In this document: positions 60,188 to 64,000 of the stretch, piece after piece | Numbering within the stretch: the stretch's first letter is position 1 | Layout: every line of letters starts with the position of its first letter | Source of the DNA: an uncultured Bacteroidales bacterium | GTDB taxonomy: Bacteria; Bacteroidota; Bacteroidia; Bacteroidales; S143-33 | Direction of reading: 5' to 3' | Assembly (NCBI GenBank): GCA_964649975.1 | Contig: CAZYSM010000009.1 | Span: forward strand, 478-64,477 | DNA length: 64,000 bases | Made by a program: the position numbers and the translations under genes | The notes under the pieces: model-generated | The model's database searches: none | The model's input: only the letters and a program-made list of their open reading frames with translations | Told to the model about the DNA's origin: nothing

Positions 60188-61143
60188 TGCTGTTTTTGTT
60201 CTAAAATGTAATCAACTGCGTGCGGAAAATATGATAGAGCAAAAATAATATCCGGCGAATGTAACATTTTTACCGGAAGCTTATCTGTGGGACTTGTCTG
60301 AATATCCTTGTAATCTACTACAAATGTAAAGTAATCTGGCTTTATTTTGTTGTAGTAGTCTTTTACTACATTGAATTTTACATGAACCTGATTTGGAAAA
60401 GTGATAAGATTATATCCGCGGGGTACATTAATTGTTTTTATTGGAACGCTCATTCTAACCTCGGTGAACTCTTCCACTTTGATTCTCAAGGTTACACTGT
60501 GTGGTAATATTTTTACACCCTCAGGAGCAATTAGTTTTATCTGCTGGTTAATATCCTGGTCTATTCCAGTGAGTTCTATATGTTCTGTCGGTATATATTT
60601 CAGTGTATCAATAATATACGAGGGGCCTTTGGCCAGAACTTTATCAGGTTCTATGCGTATAGGCCCTTTGTTGATATATTGTTTTGCATAAGTAACGTGG
60701 ATATCCGGTTTGACTTTTATGTGCCGCGAAATCATTTCCGAAAAAGTAATATACAGTGTGTCGGGTTTTATTGCTATGATTTTTATCTTGGGGCTGAGCT
60801 GTGACGATAAAGGCAGAATTAACTCATTGGATAAAATATAATAGGAGTTTGTATCATTGCTGCTTAGTGGTTTAAGCTTTATATTGGAGAGGTTGATTTT
60901 CAGCGCAGTAATTTTATTTTTCGTTGTATATTTAATAATGTCATAGCCGTATCCATTGATTGTTAATTTTAACTCTCTGTAGTTCCCGTCTTTAATAAAT
61001 TTATTAGATGGTAAATTAACAAATTCTATTGGTATTTTTATCTGGGTGTTGTAGTATTGGTCAAGGGAATTGAGGAACCACAGTATAAATGAAATAACAA
61101 AAAACACCAGGAACAGTAATATTTTTCTTTGTTTTATTGTCAT
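60184..61143 (-). CDS. YbbR/CdaR-like domain protein
   Basis: N-terminal TM (ISFILWFLN.L), repeated P..V...GP and VEEFTE...VPI; adjacent to coaE as is common in Bacteroidota. Confidence 0.85.
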   Translation of the reverse strand: MTIKQRKILLFLVFFVISFILWFLNSLDQYYNTQIKIPIEFVNLPSNKFIKDGNYRELKLTINGYGYDIIKYTTKNKITALKINLSNIKLKPLSSNDTNSYYILSNELILPLSSQLSPKIKIIAIKPDTLYITFSEMISRHIKVKPDIHVTYAKQYINKGPIRIEPDKVLAKGPSYIIDTLKYIPTEHIELTGIDQDINQQIKLIAPEGVKILPHSVTLRIKVEEFTEVRMSVPIKTINVPRGYNLITFPNQVHVKFNVVKDYYNKIKPDYFTFVVDYKDIQTSPTDKLPVKMLHSPDIIFALSYFPHAVDYILEQKQQ

Positions 61144-61349
61144 TATTGTAGTTCTTGTCCGTTATACATTGTCATTTGTCCGGATAATATACGGAAAAAG
61201 TCAATTACCATCCATATACCCAGGCCTCCCAGTGTGATTAGCTGTAAAAACCAGTTCTTATAGCCCATTATTAACCGGTGTATACCAAAGATGCCAAGTG
61301 TCCAGCATATTAAGGCCATTTCTTTCTTTGTATAAGTTTTTTGAGCCAT
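61143..61349 (-). CDS. TM2 domain protein
   Basis: LG.FG.HR...G, QLITLGGLGIW..ID. Confidence 0.9.
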   Translation of the reverse strand: MAQKTYTKKEMALICWTLGIFGIHRLIMGYKNWFLQLITLGGLGIWMVIDFFRILSGQMTMYNGQELQ

Positions 61350-61523
61350 TGTATTGTCTTTTTATTGCATATCAAAGTTAGAAATTCCTTTATACATAAA
61401 AAAACGGAAAACTGACGGAATAATTAAGACTTTTGATAAAATTAAATAATTCTAACTTTACTTTTATTATTAAAAATGGTATTTTGCATTCGGAATAAAC
61501 TTTAAACCAAAAATTAATTAACT

Positions 61524-62477
61524 ATGAAAAAGATTAAGTTAACTCTGGCATTAGTAATTGCTGTTGCCGGACTATTATTCACTGCTTGTAATCCTAAATC
61601 TAATGGAAAAGTTACGATTGTTCTCAATCCTGCCGATACTATGCTTACTGCTGAGCCTGGCGATACTCTTACCTGGCATTATACTCTCAGCCCGGATGCT
61701 GTTGAAAAAAGTTCTGTTGGCACCCTCACTATCAAGGAAATCCGCGGGAATGGTACCGAAAATGGCCTTTTGACAAGTGTTTATAACGCTGAGAATTCTG
61801 TAGAAGACGATTTCTCTTATGTTGTTCCTTCTGATGCCCAGGATGGCGAACAGATTAAGATTGTTTTCTCTGTTACCGATGGTGTTAGCGGATTGGAAAC
61901 AGACTATACCGTTACTATTGTGGTTAACGCCACTATGTATGTGGAAGCTACTGATCTTACATTGACTTATGTTTCTACAAGTCTGGATAACCAGATGATG
62001 CTTGTTATGACACGTAATGGCGTTTCTCTTGAAGGTGGAACTTCTACTGATGGACAGATTGCTTATGTTTATAATGGTGATGTAGATATTAAAAACACTT
62101 TGGCTTCTCCTAACGCTCAGGAAATTGCTGATGCTTATGCTCCTAATGGAATTAATTACACTACCAGTGATAAGCAGATAACTTTCTTTAAGAAACTCTC
62201 CGGAGTTACCTGGTCTGATATTGATGCTCAGTATATTAATGATAATGTAACTGTTGATGAAACAACTTCTGATTATATTGCAGGAAACTCCAATCTTGGC
62301 TATGGTGTGGCAGTTGTTGGTGTTGGTGATTTGGTCGCTTTCAATAATCCGACTACTGGTGTCAAAGGTGTTGTGAAAGTTAATAACATTCAGTATGCTA
62401 AATCTGGAGCCAAGATTACTGCTACTATTAACATTGACCTTAAGTATCTTGCTTATCCGGCTAATAATGCCAAATAA
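61524..62477 (+). CDS. Hypothetical surface lipoprotein
   Basis: Lipobox FTAC; beta-rich Ig-like N-domain; own terminator. Confidence 0.8.
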   Translation: MKKIKLTLALVIAVAGLLFTACNPKSNGKVTIVLNPADTMLTAEPGDTLTWHYTLSPDAVEKSSVGTLTIKEIRGNGTENGLLTSVYNAENSVEDDFSYVVPSDAQDGEQIKIVFSVTDGVSGLETDYTVTIVVNATMYVEATDLTLTYVSTSLDNQMMLVMTRNGVSLEGGTSTDGQIAYVYNGDVDIKNTLASPNAQEIADAYAPNGINYTTSDKQITFFKKLSGVTWSDIDAQYINDNVTVDETTSDYIAGNSNLGYGVAVVGVGDLVAFNNPTTGVKGVVKVNNIQYAKSGAKITATINIDLKYLAYPANNAK

Positions 62478-62502
62478 ATTTGGCTATTGAATTTTTTGAC
62501 AC

Positions 62503-62533
62503 ACGCCTCCGGAATTTTTCGGGGGCGTTTTTT
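62503..62533 (+). terminator. Intrinsic terminator
   Basis: ACGCCTCCGGA/TTCGGGGGCGT stem followed by a T-run. Confidence 0.75.
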
Positions 62534-62585
62534 ATTTGTTTTTTGCTTTTTTTAGTATATTTGTATAAAGCCAAAGCGAAAAGTA

Positions 62586-63158
62586 ATGAATCCTTTACAA
62601 GTTAATGATAAAAACTGGCGTCTGGAAATTTTCCGTTCCGTCAAGCCTGCTTTCCGTCAGTATCTTGGGCAATATACCCATCAAAAATTGTCGGATGATT
62701 GGCATTTCCGGGCTTTGGCTTTTGTGCGCGAGGAAATGACCTATGTCTTTGGGTTTAATATTGGCTTTTTCCGCAAGCAAAAACATCCGAAACTGAGTTA
62801 TACTCACGTGGGTATGAATGTTTTAGTGCGCACTAATGGCACCAATCCCTCCTTGCGTGCTAAATACCGTAATTTTTTTGAGACAAATCTGGAACAGTGG
62901 ATCAATATGCCCAAGGGTATTTATACATCTTTCCGTGGAGGTGTGGGCATAGAGTTGCCCAGGATGAGAGATATTGCAGAATTCACTGAGGAAAAAGAGA
63001 TTGTGGATTTCCTTATAGAGTCTATCAAGCAGCTGAATATGGCTATATATCCGAAAATTGCCGAAAATCCGGATAAGATTTTCTCGCTGGTGGTGCGTGG
63101 TGCGCCTCTGTGGAATGAGCCTATTGTTGAAATTGCGCGTGACCTGGCCCTTGCCTAA
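62586..63158 (+). CDS. Hypothetical protein
   Basis: 190-aa ORF preceded by TATATTTG (-7-like); no motif recognised. Confidence 0.75.
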   Translation: MNPLQVNDKNWRLEIFRSVKPAFRQYLGQYTHQKLSDDWHFRALAFVREEMTYVFGFNIGFFRKQKHPKLSYTHVGMNVLVRTNGTNPSLRAKYRNFFETNLEQWINMPKGIYTSFRGGVGIELPRMRDIAEFTEEKEIVDFLIESIKQLNMAIYPKIAENPDKIFSLVVRGAPLWNEPIVEIARDLALA

Positions 63159-63175
63159 TCAAAAAAATTCCGCTG

Positions 63176-64000
63176 ATGACCTTTGCTAATCCGGGCTTTT
63201 TGTGGGCTCTTTTTGCTGTCGCTATTCCGTTGATTATACATTTGTTGAATTTACGGGCTTTCCGCACTGTATATTTTTCCAATCTAAGGTTTATCAAGCA
63301 GGTTGAACAGCACAAGCGCAGGCGGCGGAAGTTAAAGGAATATGTGATTTTAGCCCTGCGTATGTTGGCTATTGCTGCTCTGGTGCTTGCTTTTGCCAGA
63401 CCAGTGAAGCGGTCGTCCACGGCACAAATACCCTGTAAAGGCGAGATAGCAATATATGTGGATAATTCCTTCAGTATGACTGCCCGCGGGGTAGCTGGCA
63501 GTGATATTGAACTGGCCAAGAAAAAAGCTTATGAGGTTGTTAAAGCTTTTCCGCTGGATGCCCGTTTTTTTGTGCTGACCAATGATTTTTTTCCTGAGCA
63601 GTTCCGTTCATATAGCAGCATTAATGTCCGCGATGTTATTGCTGGTATAAAGGTCTCAGACCGTCCTGTCAAGATTACCAGCGTTGTGAATAAACTAAAA
63701 AATTTGTTGTCCGCAGATACATCTTGTTTGCATTATGTTTTTTTGCTGTCGGATTTTCAGAAAACTTCTGCTGATCTGGACAGCATTAATTTTCCCGGGA
63801 ACTGGAAAGTTTTTTTTATTCCAATAACCCCATCACAGGTAGCAAATATTAGTGTGGACAGTGTGATGTTTTTTAGCCCTTATCATATGGTTGGGCATAA
63901 GGATAGCCTGGTGGCGCTTGTGCGTAATTATTCTTCTGATCCGGTGAAAAATTTGCGTGTAGAGCTATGGGTGAACGATTCTTTGCGTGGTTTTGAAAAC
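63176..64000 (+). CDS. BatA-domain/VWA protein, runs off window end
   Basis: Manual translation MTFANPGFLWALFAVAIPLIIHLLN...VYFSNLRF...LRMLAIAALVLAFARP, YVDNSFSM, LSDFQ. Confidence 0.9.
   Translation, partial: MTFANPGFLWALFAVAIPLIIHLLNLRAFRTVYFSNLRFIKQVEQHKRRRRKLKEYVILALRMLAIAALVLAFARPVKRSSTAQIPCKGEIAIYVDNSFSMTARGVAGSDIELAKKKAYEVVKAFPLDARFFVLTNDFFPEQFRSYSSINVRDVIAGIKVSDRPVKITSVVNKLKNLLSADTSCLHYVFLLSDFQKTSADLDSINFPGNWKVFFIPITPSQVANISVDSVMFFSPYHMVGHKDSLVALVRNYSSDPVKNLRVELWVNDSLRGFEN

Overview
This is an AT-rich chromosomal window from a Bacteroidota bacterium. The assignment rests on TTTG/TAnnTTTG-type promoters, a T9SS cargo protein, DPP7, EF-G2, DUF3822 and DUF4924; a hydE gene suggests an anaerobe. 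Most of the window is housekeeping (trxB, trxA, kdsC, def, guaA, ychF, greA, rlmH, eno, coaE, three tRNAs), plus many signalling and envelope genes. The standout is a ~2.4 kb accessory islet (~16.3-18.7 kb) just downstream of tRNA-Pro(TGG). It holds three + strand units, each a promoter-like site, a short GC-rich RNA able to form the same interleaved (pseudoknot-type) pairing, and an intrinsic terminator. Each unit faces a - strand gene: small 3-TM membrane proteins, a decayed ORF, or a frameshifted PD-(D/E)XK/CdiA-C-like nuclease. This may be an undescribed RNA-antitoxin or orphan RNA-immunity array, which is inference only. A second lead is an orphan CheR together with two output-less GAF-PAS coiled-coil receptors and a pseudo-receiver. 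All family assignments come from motif recognition by eye; no database searches or folding programs were run.
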